NCBI GenBank assembly: GCA_949742505.1
Contig: CATJPU010000179.1
Coordinates: forward strand, 2,484-66,483
Source of the DNA: an uncultured Lachnospiraceae bacterium
GTDB taxonomy: Bacteria; Bacillota; Clostridia; Lachnospirales; Lachnospiraceae
DNA: 64,000 nt
Reading direction: 5' to 3'
The notes under the pieces were generated by a model. The model was given only the letters and a program-made list of their open reading frames with translations, did not search any database and was not told the DNA's origin. Both the position numbers and the translations under genes were made by a program. Shown here one piece after another: positions 40,249 through 48,805 of the stretch (positions are counted from its first letter, which is position 1; each line of letters begins with the position of its first letter).

Positions 40249-41232
40249 TTACGTTACTCCTTCTAAACATTCCTTTATCAGCGGGTATTTCCCGATTTTA
40301 TCAAGCTGTATAATGTTGCCTCCCGGCCAGTGACAGTTGCCCTCGATGAGTTCCGGCCCGTCCGGCGTCACCGCGATATCCCAGCCCACATACCCCAATT
40401 CCGGCATATGCTCCATGGCTTTCATGGCGCATGCTACGACTTCTTCCCAGTACGGTACGGAAAAACCCGGCATATAGACAGACGACCCCGGATGAATTTC
40501 ATAATCTTTGATTTCCGTATTATTACGCCCCGGTCCTGTGACAATCCCCGTCCTGATATCCAGGGGATACGCAATTCCCCCCGAGTGAAAATTGTCTGCC
40601 GCCGCGCCTTTCGCTCCGCACTTTAAGCAGGCGCCAATCAGCCGTATTGTACCTTTCCCGTCTCTTGCAGCATTCATACGTACTGAATTTACACAATTAC
40701 TAATCCGCTCAAGCTCTTCATGCTGCGTAATCACCTGCTCCGCCAGAAGTCTGGCGGCCTTGCATCTCTGAAAGAACGCTTCCCGATTCTCCACATTCTC
40801 TGTGCGCAGCTTTTCAATTCCCTGTCCCATGATTCCCCGGTCCGGTTTCAGTATAAATGTCTCATGACTATCCAGAAACGCCAAAAATTCCAGATAAGAA
40901 ACCTTCGGAATATAGATGCTTTCTCTGTATATCAGTTCTGAAAAGCATTGGTAAAACAAATGTTTATGGGCCATAATCCGGTTCTTTTCTTCGCTCATAA
41001 ACCGGTTCAGCCTCCGATCCGCTATAGCCGACCGCCCAGAAGTCAGATAGGTTTCCCGTTCCTTCTCATTCAGCTCATAGAAGCGCAGTACAAAATAATT
41101 CTCCGGCGAAGCCTGATGACGGTAACTGCATCCCGCGGCATCCAGAACATACGCGCCGACGCATCCGCCCCTCTGCCTCCGGAGTTCCCTCGCCATCTGA
41201 TATATCTTTTTTCCTGCGCTCCACCTTGACAT
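40249..41232 (-). CDS. Sugar-transfer-associated ATP-grasp ligase (paralog 3)
   Basis: LKPDRGIMGQG, VNSVR, ADNFHSGG, VGWDIA, LIEGN. Confidence 0.88.
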   Translation of the reverse strand: MSRWSAGKKIYQMARELRRQRGGCVGAYVLDAAGCSYRHQASPENYFVLRFYELNEKERETYLTSGRSAIADRRLNRFMSEEKNRIMAHKHLFYQCFSELIYRESIYIPKVSYLEFLAFLDSHETFILKPDRGIMGQGIEKLRTENVENREAFFQRCKAARLLAEQVITQHEELERISNCVNSVRMNAARDGKGTIRLIGACLKCGAKGAAADNFHSGGIAYPLDIRTGIVTGPGRNNTEIKDYEIHPGSSVYMPGFSVPYWEEVVACAMKAMEHMPELGYVGWDIAVTPDGPELIEGNCHWPGGNIIQLDKIGKYPLIKECLEGVT

Positions 41233-42314
41233 TACCTTTCCCCGCTTCCTGCGTCTTCCAGTATTCTGCGCACATTCTCTTCTCCCAGCCGTCCAAGCGT
41301 CCGTCCGTCTTTCCGGAAATCTCTCCCAAGAGCGGCAGACGCAAGTTCAATCAGGGATGTACATACCGGAACCGGAATATTAAGGACCTTACCCAAAGAC
41401 TCCATCAGCACCAGTCCCTGCGGCACATCCTCTGTAATATATCTGGAATCCACACTCTGAGGTCCTTTGGCTCTTTCCGGCATGGAAGCATAATCGAAGA
41501 ATACTTTTTTGGCGTCTTCTCTTTCATTCAGGCTGTTCCGGAATTTGCACGCCTCCACATAGGCAAGCCGTTCAAGTCCAAGAGCTTCCAAAATATTCAT
41601 CTTCTCGCTGTCCAGAGCTTCCAGAAGAGTCCATACCGAAGGCGTAAATACTTCATGATACATACAATACTCCCCATTCGTAGCCTCAATCCGGGGAATA
41701 CTCATAATCGCTCCCACCGTATGTACAATCATATTGGGGTTATGCAGCGCCGCCTCCACTACGCTCCTCAGATACACAAAGGGCGTCCCAAGCTGGTCAA
41801 GCTTCCCGGCCGCCCAATCCCTCTTTCCGGCAGGATAGATTCCAATGGGATTGCGTACATTCCGAAATCCGGCCTTGAAATGTCCGGGCGATGCGATTCT
41901 TCCATCTATAAAATTGCTTTCCGCCTCCGCCACAACAACGCCTTCTTTCAGTCCAAGCCCCAAAGCGTAAGCCGTTGATAAATACCCCGGATTAATCAGG
42001 AGAATCTGTCCCTCTTCCAAAAAGGGAATCACTCTTTTAAGCACATCCTCATGAAATCCCGTCTGAGTGCACAGAAGTACAATCTCCTGTTCCCTGACTT
42101 CACTGATATCTCTGGACATGCGATGTATCCTTCCCACGCTCTCCCTGCCAAATTCATCAATCATCATCTTGCCGCCATTCTCTGTCAAATGACGGAAATT
42201 ATCATCATGCAGAGAATGGGACGTCTTAATCAGGGTCACCTCATGACCCCGCGCCGCATAATCCGCCGCCAGCGCACATCCGCTGTTCCCTGCTCCCAAA
42301 ACCGCAATTTTCAT
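41232..42314 (-). CDS. NAD(P)-dependent opine (octopine/nopaline-type) dehydrogenase
   Basis: IAVLGAGNSG, LHNPNMIVH, RYITEDVPQGL, LGRDF. Confidence 0.9.
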   Translation of the reverse strand: MKIAVLGAGNSGCALAADYAARGHEVTLIKTSHSLHDDNFRHLTENGGKMMIDEFGRESVGRIHRMSRDISEVREQEIVLLCTQTGFHEDVLKRVIPFLEEGQILLINPGYLSTAYALGLGLKEGVVVAEAESNFIDGRIASPGHFKAGFRNVRNPIGIYPAGKRDWAAGKLDQLGTPFVYLRSVVEAALHNPNMIVHTVGAIMSIPRIEATNGEYCMYHEVFTPSVWTLLEALDSEKMNILEALGLERLAYVEACKFRNSLNEREDAKKVFFDYASMPERAKGPQSVDSRYITEDVPQGLVLMESLGKVLNIPVPVCTSLIELASAALGRDFRKDGRTLGRLGEENVRRILEDAGSGER

Positions 42315-42326
42315 TCTCTTAAGCTC

Positions 42327-43202
42327 CTACATCAGACTTCCGAAGAGCAAATCCGTCTCCAGAAGACGTTTATTATCCAGCGCCGCCGCCGGCGTAAATG
42401 TCATTTCTCCAAAGCGCACTCCCTGTTCTGTCAGATACAAGTCAACCCGCACAAAAGGGAACTCCTTGCTCAATCTGTCGGCAATCTCAAAGGCTTCCTC
42501 TAAACCTTCCGGTTTGGGAAGCGAAAAATCCTCCGGCGCCTCCACAGAATCCCGATTAATCCGCATCAATTGAAATTCTCTGTCAAAAAAATAAAACCTG
42601 GGCCACCCTTCCTCGCGTCCTACGCATAACATCACGCAATATGCTCTGCCATGAAAGCAGTAGAATTTGTAGTCGTCAGGCGGAACGCCCGTTTTCCCGC
42701 CGATATATTCTTCCACAATAATTTTCTTACCGACGCCTCTGTACTGCAATTCAGAGAAATACGCCCAGAAAGGCTCCCGCCCCCATTTCCTTAACTTTGC
42801 CTCCGCTTCTTCCCTGTCCAGCCTGTCCTTACACTGACATATGATATTGTACCCGCAGCCAAAATTCCATTTCATTGCAAAACTCTGGGGCAGGCTGTTC
42901 CAGTCAATTTCTCCGGGTACATCATATACCGCCAAAAGCTTATTCAGACAACGCTCCAGACCGCAGTCTTTCACGTATTCCCGCACGCGGTATTTATCCG
43001 CGCACTGTCTTACCAGAGCATTTGTCCCATAATCCTCCAGCTTTAATTTCAAAAGCTTCTCATTCAGCGTAAGCGGGTTCTTAAGATTCGGCAAACGCCC
43101 GAACTTCTTTAAGAACAACAGCTCCGTATTCAGCCGGGGCGACAGATAAGAAAGCCCGATATAAAATGCTCTTGACGCCCGGCTGATCCTTTTTTTCTTC
43201 AC
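42327..43202 (-). CDS. TupA-like ATP-grasp amidoligase
   Basis: NLKNPLTLNEKL, CADKYRVREYV, DYKFYCFHG, FVRVDLY, FGEMTFTP; GTG start overlaps the upstream stop (GTGA). Confidence 0.9.
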   Translation of the reverse strand: MKKKRISRASRAFYIGLSYLSPRLNTELLFLKKFGRLPNLKNPLTLNEKLLKLKLEDYGTNALVRQCADKYRVREYVKDCGLERCLNKLLAVYDVPGEIDWNSLPQSFAMKWNFGCGYNIICQCKDRLDREEAEAKLRKWGREPFWAYFSELQYRGVGKKIIVEEYIGGKTGVPPDDYKFYCFHGRAYCVMLCVGREEGWPRFYFFDREFQLMRINRDSVEAPEDFSLPKPEGLEEAFEIADRLSKEFPFVRVDLYLTEQGVRFGEMTFTPAAALDNKRLLETDLLFGSLM

Positions 43203-44098
43203 GCCTGTTCCTCCCCGCCGGTTTGAAGAATCAATTCTTCTGCCGCCGTCAGAGACTCTAACAGACATTCTATCACAAATTTCGACCGCCTGACAATGGA
43301 TTTAAATTCCTGTTTGGAAGCCACATACTGATAATGCAGTACGGAAATGGAAGAATCATAACGGATTACGCTTCCCTCCCGCCTGCACATCCACTCCAGA
43401 ATCTCCATCTCATAATACATATAGGTCTTCGGATAAAAGGGCTCCGGATGCGTATCTAAATATCTCTTTGCGAAAATCACACAGGAACCATGCAGCACCA
43501 CGCCTTCCGCCGAAACAGAAGAATCAATCTGCTGCTTTGCCCTTTCCCGCCGCTGCTTGCGCCTCCAGATTGCCGGACTGTTCTTCTCACCGCTGCTTAA
43601 CAGCAGCAGAATCGGATTACTGCTGCGCTTCACATTCGCCCGTTTCTTACGCACTGACTCCAGCGTACAGCCATGGAGACTCTTCGGACTCTGATGGATT
43701 CCCGAAAAGACAGATACAATATCCGGCCCCAGAACATCAAATGGATTCTCTTCGTAAATCTCCCCGATTCTTACTGCAAAATCTTTCTGTAAAATCTCCA
43801 CATCATTATTCAGCACAACTACATAATCTGCTTCCAGATGCTCGCATACCCACCGGATACCTAAGTTATTCCCTCTGGCAAATCCGGCGTTTTCCTGATT
43901 CAGAAGGACTGTAATATTATCCTCTCCGGCATATTTTTCTGCCAGAAGCTCCCCCGTCCCATTGGGCGAGGCGTTGTCCACAATCACGATATAATTATCA
44001 CCGTCTAACGCCTGAATCCTTTCCACACAGGTTCTGGTCATCTCTGCCGCCCGGTAATGCAGTATCACAAATGCCGTCATCTTTCGTTTTCCTCTCAT
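43199..44098 (-). CDS. GT2 glycosyltransferase (rhamnosyltransferase-like)
   Basis: IVDNASPNG, NAGFARGNNLG, VLNND, LHGSC, YMYYE. Confidence 0.88.
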   Translation of the reverse strand: MRGKRKMTAFVILHYRAAEMTRTCVERIQALDGDNYIVIVDNASPNGTGELLAEKYAGEDNITVLLNQENAGFARGNNLGIRWVCEHLEADYVVVLNNDVEILQKDFAVRIGEIYEENPFDVLGPDIVSVFSGIHQSPKSLHGCTLESVRKKRANVKRSSNPILLLLSSGEKNSPAIWRRKQRRERAKQQIDSSVSAEGVVLHGSCVIFAKRYLDTHPEPFYPKTYMYYEMEILEWMCRREGSVIRYDSSISVLHYQYVASKQEFKSIVRRSKFVIECLLESLTAAEELILQTGGEEQA

Positions 44099-44961
44099 TC
44101 TTTTATCTTTCTTAACTTTGCTCTGAGCCTGTCTGCCGTCCAATAGCAAAAGTCATAAAAACTATGGCTTATCTCAAAGCTCTTTTTAAAATGTTCTGCC
44201 GCCAGCGCCGGCTCCTCCGGATGCACGCGTTTCCCAAGACGCCTGTTCATCACAGCCCTGCTGCCTGGAAACTGCTGATACAACGCTTCATGTTTCTGAT
44301 ACAAATGAAGCAGATGCGGATAAGACTTCACCCTGGAAGATATACTGTCCGCCCCCACCTCTGATTCCACCAAAGCCTCCGGCAGATAGCAAAGCTTAAA
44401 TTCCGCCGCCGCCCGGATTCCAAAATCCCAGTCCTGATACCGCCGGATATCCTCGTCAAACTGAAGTTCTTCCCACACAAACCGATGCATCAGCATCGTC
44501 TGCGTACTGGCTCTGTTCTCAGCCAGGAACTCCTCCAGTCCACATTCCGGATGAAAGGGATGTACCGGATAATAAAATCTGCTCCCCTTCTCCGATACGC
44601 GGTTCATGCCGCAGAAACATAAATCTGCGTCGGCGGAAAGCAATAATCCATACTGCTTCTCAAGCTTATCCGGATGCCACAGGTCGTCGCTGTCCTGAAA
44701 TGCCAGCAGTTCTCCCTCCGCTCTTTTGGCGCCATAATTTCTGGCATAGCAGGCCCCTCTGTTCGTATCATATCGAAAATACTTAAGCCGCTTATCGGAA
44801 ATCTCCCGAAAAATCTCTTCTGTACCGTCTGTGGAAGCATCGTCCACCACAAGTACCTCTATCTCTCTATAACTTTGCCTAAGAACGCTTTCTATACATT
44901 CTGGAAGCTTTTCTTTCCTGTTATATGTAGGAATCACCACCGAAATCATCTTCTGCTTCAT
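44095..44961 (-). CDS. GT2 glycosyltransferase
   Basis: ISVVIPTYNR, VVDDASTDGT, ARNYG, FQDSDD, QDWDF. Confidence 0.93.
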   Translation of the reverse strand: MKQKMISVVIPTYNRKEKLPECIESVLRQSYREIEVLVVDDASTDGTEEIFREISDKRLKYFRYDTNRGACYARNYGAKRAEGELLAFQDSDDLWHPDKLEKQYGLLLSADADLCFCGMNRVSEKGSRFYYPVHPFHPECGLEEFLAENRASTQTMLMHRFVWEELQFDEDIRRYQDWDFGIRAAAEFKLCYLPEALVESEVGADSISSRVKSYPHLLHLYQKHEALYQQFPGSRAVMNRRLGKRVHPEEPALAAEHFKKSFEISHSFYDFCYWTADRLRAKLRKIKE

Positions 44962-45869
44962 GATATTCCCTCCTGTACCACCGGAAAAGGAAATACTTCC
45001 CGCAGCAGCTTCTTTTTCTTTGCAGCCATCCCCGGCTGAATCTGATATCTGTCTTCAATCTCTGACAGTTCCGGCAGTCTGTCCTTTCGCACATCGCAGA
45101 AGTAATGTTCGATTCCATATGCGGAATAGTAATCGTCGAATTTATAACCGTCTCCCAACAGCCTGTCGCCAAACACAATGTGCATATTCGGTATTCCCAG
45201 GCTGTCCGCCACAATCAGACCATGCAGGCTGCTTGACAAGATATATCTGCACTCCGCAATCTCATGGATTACTTTCAGGGGTTCGTCTTTTACATTGATA
45301 AACCGAACCGGCACATTCTCCGCCCTCTCTTTTGTCTCCGCTTTGCAATAACCCCCGCCGCCGGATATTCTGCGGCCGTACTCTTCTATCAGTTCTTCCA
45401 CCATTGGGTCCCGCAAGTCGCAGAGATGAGGAATAATTCCTATATCACAGCGCTTTTCCGGCTGCCGCTCCAGCACATCCGAAGTCAGAATCCCTGGATC
45501 ACCCGTAGGAATATCCAGTCTTTTTCCTGTCATCCGCTCTACCCTATGTCTTGTCAGCTCGCCGCGCACCGCGCAGAACCGCATGTCTCTCTTAAAAAAA
45601 CACCCCTCCGGCTCAGAATAATTGATGAATCCAGTACCCCATATCTGTACATGGGGTCTTCGGATTCCATTGACTCTCTGTCTGATGTGCATGGGAATCG
45701 TCCCATGCAGGGTATACATTCCCAGACAACTCCCAATGGCACACAGCTCTCCCTCCAGAAAAGATGTTCGCACCGCCTCATAGCCAAAGCATCTCTTAAG
45801 AATCAGCTCATTTAACTGATCTCCCATATTGCGGAGTTTGGTGTAATAAACCTTTATTTTATCCGACAC
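44958..45869 (-). CDS. Polysaccharide pyruvyltransferase (ExoV-like)
   Basis: NMGDQL, AIGS, AVRGELT, GDPG, GIIPH, SSSLHGLIVADSLGIP, KFDDYY. Confidence 0.9.
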   Translation of the reverse strand: MSDKIKVYYTKLRNMGDQLNELILKRCFGYEAVRTSFLEGELCAIGSCLGMYTLHGTIPMHIRQRVNGIRRPHVQIWGTGFINYSEPEGCFFKRDMRFCAVRGELTRHRVERMTGKRLDIPTGDPGILTSDVLERQPEKRCDIGIIPHLCDLRDPMVEELIEEYGRRISGGGGYCKAETKERAENVPVRFINVKDEPLKVIHEIAECRYILSSSLHGLIVADSLGIPNMHIVFGDRLLGDGYKFDDYYSAYGIEHYFCDVRKDRLPELSEIEDRYQIQPGMAAKKKKLLREVFPFPVVQEGIS

Positions 45870-45946
45870 CTTACGGCCCTCCCTCTGCTGTAAGTCCACA
45901 TACACGCTCTAGTATTGCGTCCTTTTTTCTCACCGGCCCGCAGGAT

Positions 45947-47002
45947 TTATGACAATCTCAAAATTACTTTTTCATAACGCCCGTCGTCCCGGAAGCCAAT
46001 CCCATGCACCGCGTCAAACAACGGCTGATAGCCGTATCCGTCTGTCACCCATCCATAACCGGAATACTGCGCCGTAGTAAATCCCGGAATCGTATTCGCC
46101 TCAATCAGAACCGGTCCGTTCCCGGTAAACGCAACATCCCAGCCAATATTCGATATCTTACTGGCCAGCGGAACTACCCGGCGCATCATCTCAATCGTCT
46201 CCTCCCAATGATTAAGCTGTACGCCCTGGAATGCCGCGCCGGTAACCGGATGAATCTGATATTCCACCATCTCATTCTGGTCCACCGCATCCGTCAGGAC
46301 CTTCCCTGTCCGAATATCCACCAGCGAAGTCAGCGCATCCTGACAGCCGTTTGAAATGTCGTTCTTATGGGCTACCGTAAGAATAGGCGCAAATAAAAAA
46401 CTCCCTTCCGGCGAACACAGAGAATAGAAACGAACCACATTCACAGCCTTCGGATTCAGCCTGTTCATCACATCATCCTGAAGAATATACTCTTCTACGA
46501 TTCCATTCCCCACTTGATAAATGCATTCCAATGCCGATTTTATTTCTTCTTCCGTATCTACCGGAAGTATACGTATTCCCTCTCCCATTCCTTTGCAATT
46601 CGGCTTATAGACCACATGCCCGGTATTTTCTCCCATCTTTTTTAAGACGTCTGCATTCACTTCTGATGCCTGCGCGCACTGCCGTCCATAAAATTCGGCA
46701 AAAACCTTTGAAAAGATGTACTTATTCATCAGCACTCCAATATATCGCCGGTCTGTGAATTTCTTCCGAAACTCCATGCGGGTCCAGAGTGTCGATACCG
46801 TTTTCTTCTGCTCCGCTCCAAGCTCATAGTGACCGGTCCACTCATATTCTCCGAAGGAGATATGGTTCAGCTTCTTTGCCTGTATGATATCCCGCTCGAC
46901 GTCTTTCGCGTTCTTCCCATATCTTGCCGCATAATCCTCTGCAAATTCCCGTATGTATTTCCTTGAGGTAAGCATTCTTTTCAACTCACTGATCTGACTC
47001 AT
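45947..47002 (-). CDS. Sugar-transfer-associated ATP-grasp ligase (paralog 2)
   Basis: YKPNCKGMGEG, VNVVR, HPVTG, IGWDVA, LIEANTIPG. Confidence 0.85.
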   Translation of the reverse strand: MSQISELKRMLTSRKYIREFAEDYAARYGKNAKDVERDIIQAKKLNHISFGEYEWTGHYELGAEQKKTVSTLWTRMEFRKKFTDRRYIGVLMNKYIFSKVFAEFYGRQCAQASEVNADVLKKMGENTGHVVYKPNCKGMGEGIRILPVDTEEEIKSALECIYQVGNGIVEEYILQDDVMNRLNPKAVNVVRFYSLCSPEGSFLFAPILTVAHKNDISNGCQDALTSLVDIRTGKVLTDAVDQNEMVEYQIHPVTGAAFQGVQLNHWEETIEMMRRVVPLASKISNIGWDVAFTGNGPVLIEANTIPGFTTAQYSGYGWVTDGYGYQPLFDAVHGIGFRDDGRYEKVILRLS

Positions 47003-47071
47003 CCCATACCCCTCTTATCTGTAATGCTGTCACCACTTTCGCGCCGGCACATACTCTAATTCTGCGGCACG

Positions 47072-48154
47072 CTACATCTGTGCAATCAGCGCCTCCAGCT
47101 CATGCTTGCGGCCTTTCTTTTCGACCATCTGCATCGCGCCCATCTGAGCAGTGCAGTTCGCCTCCACCATGCACCATCCATGGTCTTTGCTGTAGGCCAA
47201 ATCCCAGCCGCAGTAATGATTGTCAGGAATCATGAATGCCGCTTCCTTCACCATTGCCACAGCCCTATCCCATTCCGGAATCTGAAATCCCTGAAACGTA
47301 ACGCCGCTGTCCGGATGACACAGAAATTGATGTCCTTTTTTGTCTGCACCATTAGTATAAATCATACCCGTTTCCGGGTCAATAAGAGCGCTGATTCCAC
47401 CTGCGCTAAAATTATCCACAAAACTTCCATCTCTTCCCATCCGCAGAGACGGATGGAACAGTCTAATCTCCGGCTCGCCTTCCTCATTCTTAATAATCGC
47501 CGTCGGAATCCGCAATGTATTCACTGAGCCGGAATGAATCCGGGCCATCGCTTCTCCCTGTTCAATTAACTCTTCTATTACAACGCCATTCTTCCTGTAA
47601 GACGCATGCGCATCCTCTACCGTATCATACATGGCGATATTTTCAATCCTCACAGCAGTCCCAAAAGCCGCATAAACCGGCTTGACCACATAATTCTCAT
47701 GACGGGCTGCAAATTCCTCTAAGTTCTTTAAGTTCTCCTGCGTCGGTTCCTCGCCCTTTTTAACCCGAATCACTTCCCGTTTAAACATATCCTGGAACTT
47801 CTTATAAGTCCTGTACTTATTCTCCAGAAGGTCCGTATTCTTCCTCTGGTTCATACGGGGATAAAAACTCAGCCGAATCCCCTCTGTAATAAAGGAATTC
47901 CGGTACTCCGAATCCTGCCCCTCATACCCAAAAAGAAAATACTCGCTATAATAAGAGCCATATTTAAAAAGGCTCCAAATCATATCCCGCTTTAAAGAGC
48001 GCAGATATCCCCGGTTTTCAAAAGCCTCCGGCCCTTTATATTTCTCAATAATCCCGTCCATCTCATCCTTCTTCCGATGATAATAAGAAGCCTTCCGGTA
48101 CCAGCTCTTAAACCGGATTTTATAATATATTTTCCTTCGATACTTCCGAAACAT
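47072..48154 (-). CDS. Sugar-transfer-associated ATP-grasp ligase (paralog 1)
   Basis: VKPVYAAFG, SVNTLR, VDNFSAGG, HPDSG, GWDLA, VEAN; start MFRKY behind a G-rich RBS. Confidence 0.88.
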   Translation of the reverse strand: MFRKYRRKIYYKIRFKSWYRKASYYHRKKDEMDGIIEKYKGPEAFENRGYLRSLKRDMIWSLFKYGSYYSEYFLFGYEGQDSEYRNSFITEGIRLSFYPRMNQRKNTDLLENKYRTYKKFQDMFKREVIRVKKGEEPTQENLKNLEEFAARHENYVVKPVYAAFGTAVRIENIAMYDTVEDAHASYRKNGVVIEELIEQGEAMARIHSGSVNTLRIPTAIIKNEEGEPEIRLFHPSLRMGRDGSFVDNFSAGGISALIDPETGMIYTNGADKKGHQFLCHPDSGVTFQGFQIPEWDRAVAMVKEAAFMIPDNHYCGWDLAYSKDHGWCMVEANCTAQMGAMQMVEKKGRKHELEALIAQM

Positions 48155-48176
48155 CCTAATTCCCCCCACCACACCC

Positions 48177-48217
48177 AAAATATGCCGCCATACCAAACAG
48201 GCACAGCGGCATATTTT
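48177..48217 (-). terminator. Terminator-like hairpin between baiE and the ATP-grasp operon
   Basis: AAAATATGCCGC-N17-GCGGCATATTTT; short U-tract. Confidence 0.6.
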
Positions 48218-48229
48218 GCTGCTTATATT

Positions 48230-48781
48230 TTATTCTTTTACAGTCTTTCTCTTAGCGATTTTCTTCTTCTTTGTAGCCGGGCGGAACATATTAATACGCA
48301 CGCGGTGTGTAGAATCACGCTGGAAGGACTCCTCGTAAACACGAATGTATCCTGTATCCTGAATCAGCCACTGTCCGTCAACTTTCACATACTTATCTGT
48401 GTAGATTGCCGTACCATTGATTCCCAGTCCCTCATACGGGTCGCCCTTGTCAAAGATCAGTTCATCCCGAAGATACCACTTACCGTAAGCAACAGTGTCG
48501 CTCTCGAACCAAATCTGTGGGTTATGTCCCTGATGCAGCGTAATCTCTGTCTTTGGCATCGTACTGGAAATATAATCCGTAACTTCCTTCGGTCCATGGA
48601 ATTTGAGCTTTCCGTCAGAGTAGGAGGTCTCAATATCCGGCGCCATAGTAGCTGCAAATGCTTCCCAATCCTTCGTATCCATAGCGTAGAGATATCTGCT
48701 CTTCAACTCTTTGATTGCCTGTACATCCTTCAACTGCTGTAATTCTTTTTCTAACGCTTCAAGGCGTTCTTCAACTGTCAT
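48230..48781 (-). CDS. baiE: Bile acid 7alpha-dehydratase (NTF2/SnoaL-like)
   Basis: MTVEERLEALEKELQ..KDVQAIKELK..Y....D, TSYSDGKL, KEVTDY, HQGH, GINGTAIYTDKY, GYIRVYEE closely follow the recalled Clostridium scindens BaiE. Confidence 0.88.
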   Translation of the reverse strand: MTVEERLEALEKELQQLKDVQAIKELKSRYLYAMDTKDWEAFAATMAPDIETSYSDGKLKFHGPKEVTDYISSTMPKTEITLHQGHNPQIWFESDTVAYGKWYLRDELIFDKGDPYEGLGINGTAIYTDKYVKVDGQWLIQDTGYIRVYEESFQRDSTHRVRINMFRPATKKKKIAKRKTVKE

Positions 48782-48805
48782 AATATTCAATTCCTTTCTG
48801 CAATA

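Noticed and set aside
39166-48154. RiPP (graspetide) biosynthesis interpretation of the multiple ATP-grasp genes
   Set aside because: No precursor peptide, peptidase or exporter; the ligases are sugar-associated and TupA types
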